From an uncultured Gemmatimonadales bacterium (GTDB taxonomy: Bacteria > Gemmatimonadota > Gemmatimonadetes > Gemmatimonadales > GWC2-71-9), in contig CAWGED010000005.1 in assembly GCA_963821525.1 (NCBI GenBank), forward strand, positions 352,001 to 416,000: 64,000 bases of DNA, given 5' to 3'. The notes beneath the pieces are model-generated. The model was not told where the DNA came from, made no database searches, and saw only the letters and a list, made by a program, of their open reading frames with translations. A program made the position numbers and the translations under genes. Of the stretch, positions 53,121 to 62,166 are shown one piece after another. Positions within the stretch are counted from its first letter, which is position 1. The number at the start of each line of letters is the position of its first letter.

Positions 53121-54329
53121 TCACTTCATTTGGAGTAGGAGCCAACCCTTGCTGCTGCTGCCGTCCTTGAGCACCCAGTTGTACGGCGCCAGGGTCTGGA
53201 GGGCGACCTTGTCCTCGATGGCATTACCGACCAGGTCGTCATTGCTCTTGATCCAGCTGGCGACCGCGGCCAGCAGGTTGTAGAGACTCCTCGCCGCCTT
53301 GATCTTCTTTGCCACCGTGCCGCTGTCGATGGCGCCGGTGAAGTCCTGATATGTCGTGGTGAACCCGGCGATCATGGTGTTCCAGCGGCTCTGGTCGATC
53401 TTGATCTGGCAGGCCGTATCGTCGTCCTCGAGCGCCACGAGCCTCAACGCCGCGCCGGGATGGGCGGCCTTGTAACTGTTGATCTGCAACTGGCTGAAGA
53501 GGAGCACGTTCCCGTTCCACACAGTTCCGTTCTGGTCGTAGGCGTAGGGGTCGCCGGCATGCTCTCCCGCACACTGGTAGTCGGTGAGCGAGTCGGAGGT
53601 ACCCAGCTGGCCCATCACATGGACCTCATATTCGGGATCGCCCTTCAACCAACCCTCAAAATCACCCGGTATCCAAGCCTGAGTCATGTACAATCCGGGC
53701 GGGGTCAGGACCGATCCGCCGCCCCCGCCGCTGCCGCAGGAAGGCGGCACGCAGGTAGCCCCTGCCGGACCGGGCGGATGGTCGAAGTCGGTCTCCACCG
53801 GAACGACCGCGAGGACCGGTGTCACCGGCGGCTTCCCGGGATCGAGGAAGTGGCGGCCGCCGTTCAGGTCGAAGGCGACCGGGATCTCGCCATCCCGGGC
53901 CTGGGTGGCGACGAGAAGATGGGCGTCTCCATTCCAGCGGCGGCGGTGGTCTGGCACCGGCAGGTAGACTTCGAGTTGCCGGGTGGCCCGGGCGACCGAA
54001 TCGGTGCGTTCCTCGCTCTCGCCGTTCTCCCGGGCCACAATCCTGGTCGCCGCTCGGCTCTTTTCCGAGAGAAAGCGCTGGAGATGGATTTTCCCTTCAG
54101 GGTAGGGCGAGGCATCGAGCCTGGCTTTGACCTCCGCGCGGAAACCAGGATTCCTGAGCGCGAGTGCGAACCGGCGGGCGAGACCCTCCAGCTGGCGGGT
54201 GTCCGGCGAGATGTCGGCCGCCGCGGAGACGGTGGGCTCCGGTGGTGCGGTGGGCGGAGACTCACGATCGTTACAGGCGGCGGAGCAGAGTACCGTGAGC
54301 AGCACGGCCGTTTGAGGGACGCGGGACAT
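53121..54329 (-). CDS. Hypothetical lipoprotein
   Basis: SAAC lipobox, Pro-rich linker, 402-aa ORF preceded by GGAGG. Confidence 0.65.
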   Translation of the reverse strand: MSRVPQTAVLLTVLCSAACNDRESPPTAPPEPTVSAAADISPDTRQLEGLARRFALALRNPGFRAEVKARLDASPYPEGKIHLQRFLSEKSRAATRIVARENGESEERTDSVARATRQLEVYLPVPDHRRRWNGDAHLLVATQARDGEIPVAFDLNGGRHFLDPGKPPVTPVLAVVPVETDFDHPPGPAGATCVPPSCGSGGGGGSVLTPPGLYMTQAWIPGDFEGWLKGDPEYEVHVMGQLGTSDSLTDYQCAGEHAGDPYAYDQNGTVWNGNVLLFSQLQINSYKAAHPGAALRLVALEDDDTACQIKIDQSRWNTMIAGFTTTYQDFTGAIDSGTVAKKIKAARSLYNLLAAVASWIKSNDDLVGNAIEDKVALQTLAPYNWVLKDGSSSKGWLLLQMK

Positions 54330-54468
54330 GGCCGACCTCCATCGTTGGGGTAACGCCGACTCGGCGGAATGCCGGCGGCGTGGCCAACGTAGGAAGCGGC
54401 TCTACTGAGCCCGGGATCCGGGAAACGCGGTGGGTGTTGGAACTACGCGATGTGGGAGGAACACGGAA

Positions 54469-55065
54469 ATGATGGAAGCGAAACGCGACGACTACGCCAT
54501 CTCGACCGACCCGGCCCGGTTCGACCTCGATGTGATACACGGATACCTCACGCGCTCCTACTGGGCCGAAGGGATCTCGCGGGAGCTGGTCGCACGGTCC
54601 ATCGCCAACTCGCTCTGCTTCGGCATTTACCACGGTGAGAAACAGGTCGGCTTCGCCCGGATGATCACCGACAAGACCACCTTCGGCTATCTGGCCGACG
54701 TGTTCGTGCTGGAGGAATACCGGGGCAGGGGACTATCCAAGTGGCTCATGGAGGTCATCATGGCTCACCCTGAGCTGCAAGGCTTTCGCCGTTGGCTACT
54801 GGCCACCCGCAGCGCGCACGGCCTCTACAAACAATTCGGCTTTGATCTCCTGGCGCATCCCGAGAACATGATGGAGATCGTGCGGGCGGGACTGTATGCG
54901 GACGGGCGGACGAGAAGCGGCGGACGAAAAGCGGCGGACGAAAAGCGGCGGACCGGCGGACGGGAGAGCGGCGGACGAAGCGGCGGACGAAAGGCGGCGG
55001 ACCGGCGGACGGTTGACGGTTGGTTGAAGATGTGGTGGAATCTTCCGCGGTATGATGCCTTATGA
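54469..55065 (+). CDS. GNAT N-acetyltransferase; 3' end reads through a repeat array
   Basis: GGAGGA RBS; SYWA, QVGFAR, YLADVFVLEEYRGRGLSK, AHGLYKQFGF. Confidence 0.85.
   Translation: MMEAKRDDYAISTDPARFDLDVIHGYLTRSYWAEGISRELVARSIANSLCFGIYHGEKQVGFARMITDKTTFGYLADVFVLEEYRGRGLSKWLMEVIMAHPELQGFRRWLLATRSAHGLYKQFGFDLLAHPENMMEIVRAGLYADGRTRSGGRKAADEKRRTGGRESGGRSGGRKAADRRTVDGWLKMWWNLPRYDAL
54898..55013 (+). repeat. Left array of GGCGGAC-core repeats
   Basis: About ten (C)GGCGGAC units with short purine-rich spacers. Confidence 0.9.
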
Positions 55066-55417
55066 GAAGCGGGATGCCTGGAAGCGTTGCCACGAACTGG
55101 TCCTTGCCGTGTATGCCGCGACCCAGGCTTGGCCGCGCTCCGAGTTGTACGGTCTCACCTCGCAAGTGCGGCGGGCGGCAGTATCCGCGGCGACCAACAT
55201 TGCCGAGGGTGCTGCCAAACGAGGACCCCGTGAGTTCCGCCGATATCTGGACATTTCGCTGGGATCTCTCTCAGAGGTCAGCTATCTGCTCCGTCTGGCC
55301 AGGGAACTGGGGTACTCAAGTGACGAGGCTGCCACGAAGCTTGAGATTACCCGAACGAGAGCCAGCAGAGTGACATGGCAGCTGTATTCATCGATGAAAC
55401 CATCCGGCGCACCCTAG
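55052..55417 (+). CDS. Four-helix-bundle protein (23S rRNA intervening-sequence protein / Avd-like fold)
   Basis: AW...L...VY..T..WP..ELYGLTSQVRRAAVS...NIAEG, F.R.L.IS.GSL.E. Confidence 0.9.
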   Translation: MMPYEKRDAWKRCHELVLAVYAATQAWPRSELYGLTSQVRRAAVSAATNIAEGAAKRGPREFRRYLDISLGSLSEVSYLLRLARELGYSSDEAATKLEITRTRASRVTWQLYSSMKPSGAP

Positions 55418-55422
55418 AAACC

Positions 55423-55579
55423 ACCGTCCGCCGGTCCGCCGTTCGTCCGCCGTTCTTGTCCGCCGTTGTCCGCCGTCTTGTCCGCCGGTCCGTCGTTTGT
55501 CCGCCGTCTTGTCCGCCGTTGTCTCGTCCGCCGTTGTTGTCCGCCCGTCCGCCGCGTTTCGTCCGCCGGTCCGTCGTCC
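55423..55579 (-). repeat. Right array of GTCCGCC-core repeats (inverted relative to the left array)
   Basis: More than ten GTCCGCC(G) units with T-rich spacers. Confidence 0.9.
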
Positions 55580-56380
55580 TCACTGCGCCGCAAGCACCGC
55601 CACGATCCTGAGCGGGCCACCGCTGCCTCCCTTGATCTTCATCGGCAGCGCGATCACGAATGCCCCGGTGTCCGGCACCTGATCCAGGTGCGCGACATTC
55701 TCGAAGCCGGGGATGTTTGCGGCAAAGAGAATCTGGTGGGTGTCGAAGGTCTTCGACTGGCCGTAGTCGATACTCGGCGTGTCGATTCCAACCGCATCAA
55801 CCTTGCGTTCCACCAAGAGCCGTGCCGCCTCCGGATCGATTCCCGGGAAATGCAGCTCGGGAACAGCCTCGGGTCCGGTCTTGGTCGTACCCAGGTACTT
55901 GAGCCGGTCTGGCCAGCGGGATCCCCACCCGGTCCGCACCAGCACGATGGTTCCAGCCGGAATCCGTCCGTGCTCCTTCTCCCATTCGGTGATATCCGCC
56001 GGCTCAAACCGGTAATCGGGCGACGCTGCCGCCTTGGTCGAGACGTCGATCACCACTGCGGGACCGACCAGCTGATCCAGGGGGATCTGGTCGGTGGTAT
56101 GGTGTCCCGCCGCGAAATGAATCGGGGCATCGAGATGAGTGCCGCCATGTTCCGCGGCCGAGAAGTTGTTCGCCGCGTAGTAGTAGCCGCCTGGGGTTAC
56201 CTGGTCGGAGACCACTTCCAGGGTAAAGGGCTTCGCGGTGGGCCAGTAGATCGTCTCACTGGAGAAATCCCAGCTCAAGTCCACCCAGCGGCCAGTCGTG
56301 AGCCGGTCTGGGGTCGGCCGGGTTTGACAGGCGAGAATCCCCAGTCCGAGAACTGAGAGGCATAGAATCGGCGAGCGCAT
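55580..56380 (-). CDS. Cyclase/kynurenine-formamidase-family metal hydrolase, probable lipoprotein
   Basis: ILAC lipobox; EHGGTHLDAP.HF, VGIDTPSID, ALPMKIKGGSGGPLR. Confidence 0.85.
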   Translation of the reverse strand: MRSPILCLSVLGLGILACQTRPTPDRLTTGRWVDLSWDFSSETIYWPTAKPFTLEVVSDQVTPGGYYYAANNFSAAEHGGTHLDAPIHFAAGHHTTDQIPLDQLVGPAVVIDVSTKAAASPDYRFEPADITEWEKEHGRIPAGTIVLVRTGWGSRWPDRLKYLGTTKTGPEAVPELHFPGIDPEAARLLVERKVDAVGIDTPSIDYGQSKTFDTHQILFAANIPGFENVAHLDQVPDTGAFVIALPMKIKGGSGGPLRIVAVLAAQ

Positions 56381-56423
56381 GGGATCTCCTGCAGGCGAGA
56401 GGGCGGCAGTAGATTGCCTCCCT

Positions 56424-57407
56424 ATGACGCTCTCCACAAGCGGACTCTCCCGAACCGACCTCGAGTCGGCCGCGCGACTGGTTCGCGCCACCCTGGTGCC
56501 GACGCCGCAGATCTGCTGGCCGCTCCTCTCCGAGCGGGTCGGCGCCGAGGTGTGGGTCAAGCACGAGAACCATCTCCCCACGGGGGCATTCAAGGTTCGG
56601 GGAGGGGTGGTCTACCTCGATCACCTGCGAAGAAACCATCCCCATGTGCGCGGCGTGATCGGGGCGACGCGTGGCAATCACGGCCAAAGTATTGGCTTTG
56701 CCGCCAGGCGATCAGGTCTGGAGGCCACGATCGTGGTCCCCCACGGCAATGGCAGGGAGAAGAACATCGCGATGCGCGCACTCGGCGTCACCCTGATCGA
56801 ACACGGTGATGACTTCCAGGCGGCGCGGGAGCACTCGATCGAACTGGCCGAACGGAGCGGCCTTCACCTGGTCCCGGCCTGGGATCCCCTTCTGGTGCGC
56901 GGTGTCGCGAGCTATGCGCTGGAATGGTTCCGCGCGGTCGCCGATCTGGACACGGTGTATGTGCCGATCGGGATGGGATCAGGTATCTGCGGCGTGATCG
57001 CGGCGCGTGATGCCTTGGGACTGGGCACCACGGTCGTTGGAGTAGTGGCCGAGCTGGCGCCTGCGTATGCCCTGTCCTTCGCAAAGCGATCTGTGGTGAG
57101 CACGGAGACCTGCAACACGCTCGCCGATGGAATCGCCACACGGGTGCCACACCCGGATGCCCTCGCCATCATTCTCGAGGGCGCCGATCGGATCGTGACG
57201 GTGTCGGAAGAGGAGATCATGGACGCGATGCGCTGGTATTTCAGCGACACGCACAATATCGCGGAAGGTGCCGGCGCAGCCGGCCTCGCGGCTCTCATGC
57301 AAGAGCGTGAGGCCATGAAGGGAAAGCGGGTGGGTCTCGTACTTTCCGGCGGTAACGTTGACTCGGAGGCCTACATAGCGATTCTGGGAGCTAAACCGGA
57401 AGCTTAG
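56424..57407 (+). CDS. PLP-dependent threonine/serine dehydratase family protein
   Basis: KHENHLPTGAFKVRG, TRGNHG, VPIGMGSG, EGAGAAGLA, LSGGN. Confidence 0.9.
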   Translation: MTLSTSGLSRTDLESAARLVRATLVPTPQICWPLLSERVGAEVWVKHENHLPTGAFKVRGGVVYLDHLRRNHPHVRGVIGATRGNHGQSIGFAARRSGLEATIVVPHGNGREKNIAMRALGVTLIEHGDDFQAAREHSIELAERSGLHLVPAWDPLLVRGVASYALEWFRAVADLDTVYVPIGMGSGICGVIAARDALGLGTTVVGVVAELAPAYALSFAKRSVVSTETCNTLADGIATRVPHPDALAIILEGADRIVTVSEEEIMDAMRWYFSDTHNIAEGAGAAGLAALMQEREAMKGKRVGLVLSGGNVDSEAYIAILGAKPEA

Positions 57408-57561
57408 GAGGGCGGCTGAAGCTCGCTGCGGGATGCGTCGGCAGAATGATCCGTTCCGCGGTTTCCTGGTTACCACTGCCGCGCGAATCGGAACGATGTT
57501 CTTTAATCGGGGGGGGACCCCCGGCGGGGGCCTCACCGAAGATCCCCACTGCAGCCTCCGG

Positions 57562-58149
57562 TTAGTGCAGCGTAATTCCCAGGCCGAGCTGAATGACGTT
57601 GAAGCTGGCGCCGTCGGCGGTCTTGACCCCGTCGGCGGTCAGGTCGCCGAGGCTGCCGTAGTTGAAGTTGAGCACCGGAGTCAGAGAAATCGTCGCCGCG
57701 ACCGGAAAGTCATATCCCACGCCGATGGTTGCTCCGACGCCGTAGCCTTCCACCGTTGGGAGCGGGCCTGAAGTCCGGAGCCCTGCCGCACCGATCCCGC
57801 CCCGGATGAAGAACCCTTCCTTCTTGGGATACCAGTAGAGCGCCACCGAGAGATTGCCCAACGCCTCGTCGGTATCGAGGTTGCTGTCGTGTTTGAACCA
57901 GCTGGTCCCTTCGACGCCGAGCAGCAGGTCCGGCCGCAGAACCCCGCCCAGCTTGAAGTAGCCGGAGAAGGCGCCTTCCCGGTCGTTGGAACCGCAGCCG
58001 TCACAGCTCACGTCCGCCGAGCCGTAGCCGCCGCCAAATCCGAACCAGAATCCCTTGTGGCGAGTCTCCTCTTCCTGCGCGAGGGTGATCCGGCTCGCCG
58101 CAAGCGCGAGCAGGAGCGTGAGGCAGAGAATCCGTGGCAGCGACCGCAT
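57562..58149 (-). CDS. Small outer-membrane beta-barrel, paralog 1 (CxxC)
   Basis: Signal peptide; GFWFGFGGGYG, SCDGC, final strand IQLGLGITLH. Confidence 0.7.
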   Translation of the reverse strand: MRSLPRILCLTLLLALAASRITLAQEEETRHKGFWFGFGGGYGSADVSCDGCGSNDREGAFSGYFKLGGVLRPDLLLGVEGTSWFKHDSNLDTDEALGNLSVALYWYPKKEGFFIRGGIGAAGLRTSGPLPTVEGYGVGATIGVGYDFPVAATISLTPVLNFNYGSLGDLTADGVKTADGASFNVIQLGLGITLH

Positions 58150-58288
58150 ATGATCTCCGGGTCAATGGAGTTGAGATCGGGGCAGGCTCAAACCAATAGT
58201 AATTGACTCCGAGAATCGGGGACCGAGTGCCACACGGATGCCACCCGCTCGCCGCCAGAGTACTGCGCGGGAGCGGGTACATTGTGAG

Positions 58289-58879
58289 CTAGTATGCGCA
58301 AATGCTGAGCGCGAACTGAACCAGAGTCTGCTTCCATTTAGCCGGGAAGCTTTGGTTCTCGAAGCTCAGGTCGCCGACATCGCCGTAGGTGAGCGTCACC
58401 ACTGGGGTGATTGCGGTGTGGCTCCCAATCGGAATGTCATATCCCGCGCCGCCCATGAGGCCTAATCCGTACCCTTCCAGTTTGTCACTCCCATCAGAGG
58501 CCTCATATCCGGCGAAACCGACACCTCCCTTGAGGAACACCCCCGTCTTCCGGCTGGGATAGACGTAGATCGCCGCGGAGAGATTGCCGACGGTGTTGTC
58601 GACGCCGTCCATATTCTTGAACCAGCCGTTTGACTCGACACCGAGCAGCACTTGTTCACTCAGGGTCCCGCCCAGTCGAAGGAGGCCACTGACGCCACCT
58701 TCGGAGCTTGTACTTCCGCAGCCGTCGCAGCTCGGATGTACCGAGCCATAACCCAGGCCCCCGCCGATCCAGAAACCCTGGTGCACCCGGTGTTCCTCTG
58801 GGGCCTGGGCTTCGTCCTGGGCCCAGCCCCCCGTTGCACTGGCGAAGAGCGCAGCCAGCGCGAGATACGTGATACGCAT
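58289..58879 (-). CDS. Small outer-membrane beta-barrel, paralog 2 (CxxC)
   Basis: GGAGG RBS; GFWIGGGLGYG, SCDGC, FLKGGVG, GYDIP. Confidence 0.7.
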   Translation of the reverse strand: MRITYLALAALFASATGGWAQDEAQAPEEHRVHQGFWIGGGLGYGSVHPSCDGCGSTSSEGGVSGLLRLGGTLSEQVLLGVESNGWFKNMDGVDNTVGNLSAAIYVYPSRKTGVFLKGGVGFAGYEASDGSDKLEGYGLGLMGGAGYDIPIGSHTAITPVVTLTYGDVGDLSFENQSFPAKWKQTLVQFALSICAY

Positions 58880-58996
58880 GGTTCGTCCTCCCTGACGGCC
58901 ACTGGTATTCGGGGGCCTGCTGCCCGGGCCGCGGGACAGCGAGGCGACCGAACCATGCCGGGGGAGGGTCAAGCAAGGATCAAGCGGGGTAGTGCC

Positions 58997-59081
58997 AGTA
59001 CCGAGTACCTAGTACAGAGTACCTAGACCGAGTACCGAGTACCCCTCTGTGCTAGGTACTCGTTACTAGGTACTAGGTACT
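58997..59081. repeat. Inverted heptamer arrays (AGTACCN)n / (AGGTACT)n
   Basis: Seven AGTACCG/T-like units, a short spacer, then four AGGTACT-like units, which are the reverse complement. Confidence 0.9.
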
Positions 59082-59085
59082 GTAT

Positions 59086-59652
59086 TCAGTAGAACGTCAG
59101 TGCGAGCCCCAACTCGACCACCGTGTAGTTGAGGCCACTCGCCGGCGCTACACCGCCGGCTCCCGATGTCACCTTGAGCTGGCCGGGAGCGCCCCACCAC
59201 ACACCAGCCATCGGTGCGAGCGCGGTTCGTTTGCCCACCATCAAGTCATAGCCCACTGCGCCGGCGAGCCCTGGGCCGGCGCCCTTGAGGGTGGTTCCAC
59301 TCTGCCGGTACTGGTAGATCGAAAACCCGACGCCGCCCTTGAGAAACAGTCCCTTGCGATAGAGCGGGAACCAGCGTGCGGTGAGCGACCCGTTCCCGAT
59401 CAGCGTCTTAATGCCCTCGGCATCACGGAACCAGGCGCCAAACTCTCCGCCCACGAGGAGCTTCTGGTTGACGGTCCCTCCTACCGCCAGTGTGAGGGAA
59501 GGGCCCCAGGTGTCGATCGGGAGGCTGCATTGGTCGCAGGTGCGATGGGCCTGGGCGTACGCTCCCGACACGCCGAACCAGGTTCCTTCATGAACCCGGA
59601 CGGGTGCATACTGCTGGGCCAATGCCAGCGCGGGCAACAGGAGAAGTACCAC
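59086..59652 (-). CDS. Small outer-membrane beta-barrel, paralog 3 (CxxC; start uncertain)
   Basis: GTWFGVSGAY, TCDQC, FLKGGVG, VGYD, final strand VELGLALTFY. Confidence 0.7.
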   Translation of the reverse strand: MVLLLLPALALAQQYAPVRVHEGTWFGVSGAYAQAHRTCDQCSLPIDTWGPSLTLAVGGTVNQKLLVGGEFGAWFRDAEGIKTLIGNGSLTARWFPLYRKGLFLKGGVGFSIYQYRQSGTTLKGAGPGLAGAVGYDLMVGKRTALAPMAGVWWGAPGQLKVTSGAGGVAPASGLNYTVVELGLALTFY

Positions 59653-59685
59653 GGCGAGACCGCATCGGAGGGCGATTCTCAGGAG

Positions 59686-61411
59686 TTAGAACTCCATCTG
59701 TTCCATCTTCCGCAGCCCCACCCGGAGCGGAACCAGGGTGGTGACGATGCAGATGACCGCCACCGCGCCCAGGGCGCCCACCATCGTCGGTGTGATGGCA
59801 ACCGGCTCTCCCGCGAGTTGTGCCCGCAGGTAGGTCATCACCGGCACCGCCTCGATCACGATCACGACGCCCAGCAGGACAATCGCGGACATCATGAAGA
59901 CCAGTCCGCCGAATCCGGTCGGGATCTGGGCCGCATTCTCGGTATCGAACTTGGGATAGAGCGCGCCGAGGCCCAGGGCGAGCGAGCTGATAGCGAGAGT
60001 GAGGAGCACCATGGTCCCCAGGCTAACCATCATCATGAACGGCGAAGCCTGGAGCAGCAGGTTGGTGGTGAACGTGATCGCGATGGCGAGGACGAGAAGG
60101 GGCACAGTCCCCGTCCAGTACTTGCTCCACAGCAGCGCGGACAGATCGAGCGGGCTCGAGCGCAAGAGCCACATCTGTTTCCCTTCCAGGGACACCGCGG
60201 GAAATACGAATCGCGCCGCAACCGCGGCGAGCACGAAGCCCGCGAGGCCCAGGTTGAGGAAAACCACCAGGCTCACCAGGAAGAATGACACTCGCTCGCC
60301 GGAGAAGAGCGGCAGCGATTTGATATTGAAGATGTAGACGACGAGGAGCACGCCAAGGAGAATCAGCTGGCTCCACTGAGTCGTATCCCGGAAAAAGACC
60401 CTGACATCCTTCAGAATGAATTCCCGGCGGGCCGGCGGCATCGCTCCTGCGATCGTATACAACACACTCGGCCACCGTCGGCCGCGCACGAACCGCTCCG
60501 GACTCTCCTGCGCCTTCGAGAAACCGTTGGAATACAGTTTCCAGTGCAGGATGGCTCCGAGCACCACGAACGCCGGCGCCGTGGTCCACAGCAGGACGAC
60601 CGGAAGCGGGTCGGCCACCCGGGTGAGCCAGTTCATGATGGTCGCCGTTGCCCATTCGCTCGGGAGAAACGGACTGGTCGGGGTGCGAAGGGCGCCCAGG
60701 TAGTCGAGCAGGTTGTTCATTCCCTCGGGACGCGCCAGCTGCTCCGGCCGGACCAGCCGGAGGAGCAGCACGAGTCCCCCTGCGGCGCCGATCGCGACCA
60801 GGCTCAGCAGATCGCGCGCGCGGCGAGCGGGGAAGACGTTGACGAGGATGAGTGTCACCGCCGGTTCCAACCACGCAGGGCAGCAGGAAGTACGGTACCA
60901 GCGCCGCCAGTACCACGATTGGGAATAGCGGTCCACCCCGGTAGACGATCCCATAGGCGGTGAAGATCGGCACCGCCATCAGCACCACCATCCAGGAAGA
61001 GTGCACCAGGGTCTCGCCCAGCTTGGCCAGATAGAGGCGCAGCCAATCCACGGGTGCCGCCACCAGCATGTCGAGATCCCGCGCCAGGAAATAGCTGGAC
61101 AGCGCGGTGATGAGATTGGACAGCAGCAACAGCGACGCGAAGGCGAGAAGGGTGACGCCGAGCAGTTTGGCGGCCAGGATGGTGCCGATTTCCTGCTCGG
61201 AGTGGATGTAGCGTAGCACTCGATAGAACACCCCGAAGACAGCGCTCCAGAAGCCGAGTCCGAGCAGGACCAGGAGCACGACCTTGCCGGTCCCCTCCGA
61301 CTTCTGTTCCCTGAGCCGCGCGAAGGTGGCCTGCCACTTCGGGCGGAGCACCGTCCGGAGCGTCGGCTGCACCGGTGCCGGTTTCGTCGTGCTACTGATC
61401 GAGGATGACAT
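59686..61411 (-). CDS. Putative ABC exporter permease (indel near 60880)
   Basis: Many TM segments; DLDMLVAAPV, KDVRVFFRD, VSLEGKQMWLLRSSP; lies downstream of an ABC ATPase. Confidence 0.8.
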
Positions 61412-62150
61412 CCAGCTCCCGCTCGTGAATTCCGCCGGTGAGCTTCAAGAACAGCTCCTCGAGACTCATGTCTCCCGAGGCGGTTTGCTGGCGAAGCTCC
61501 GCCATCGTTCCGCAGGCGACAATCTTGCCCTGCTGGATGATCCCGATGCGGTCGCACATCGCCTCGGCGACCTCCAGCGTGTGGGTGCTCATCAGCACGG
61601 TTCCGCCCCGATCGACGAACGCGCGGAAGAGATCCTTGAGGAAGCGAGCGCCTTTGGGATCGAGACCGACCATCGGTTCATCCACCACGATGGCCTCGGG
61701 GCGATGCAGCAGGGCGCTCGAGATGATCAGCTTCTGCCGCATGCCGTGGCTGTAGGACTCGACCAGCTCGTCCTTCCAATCGGATAGCTCGAAGAGCGCG
61801 AGCAATTCGTCCATCCGCCGCTCGATGGTCTCTCCGCTCTGCCCGTACAGCGCCGCTACGAAGCGGAGGAACTCGGCCCCGGTGAGTTTCTCATAGACAT
61901 AGGGACGGTCGGGGATGAAGCCGAGCCGGTGCTTGGCCTTGATCGGATGCTGGGCGAGATCGTCGCCGCCGATTTCGATTTTCCCCTCGGAGGGCTGGAG
62001 GATCCCGGCGATCATCCGCATGGTCGTGGTCTTCCCCGCGCCGTTGGGTCCGAGGAAACCGAAGAGTTCGCCGCGGGACACTTCGAGCGTCACGTCGTCC
62101 ACCGCGGTGAACGAGCCATAACGTTTGGTCAGGTTGGTGAGTCGAATCAT
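61392..62150 (-). CDS. ABC transporter ATP-binding protein
   Basis: GPNGAGKTT, YSHGMRQK, VVDEP, STH. Confidence 0.95.
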   Translation of the reverse strand: MIRLTNLTKRYGSFTAVDDVTLEVSRGELFGFLGPNGAGKTTTMRMIAGILQPSEGKIEIGGDDLAQHPIKAKHRLGFIPDRPYVYEKLTGAEFLRFVAALYGQSGETIERRMDELLALFELSDWKDELVESYSHGMRQKLIISSALLHRPEAIVVDEPMVGLDPKGARFLKDLFRAFVDRGGTVLMSTHTLEVAEAMCDRIGIIQQGKIVACGTMAELRQQTASGDMSLEELFLKLTGGIHERELDVILDQ

Positions 62151-62166
62151 CCGCCCTAAGTCGGGT

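Noticed and set aside
54898..55579. CRISPR array or diversity-generating retroelement
   Set aside because: Units are about 7-14 bp with no unique spacers, and no cas gene, reverse transcriptase or TR/VR pair is visible in the window
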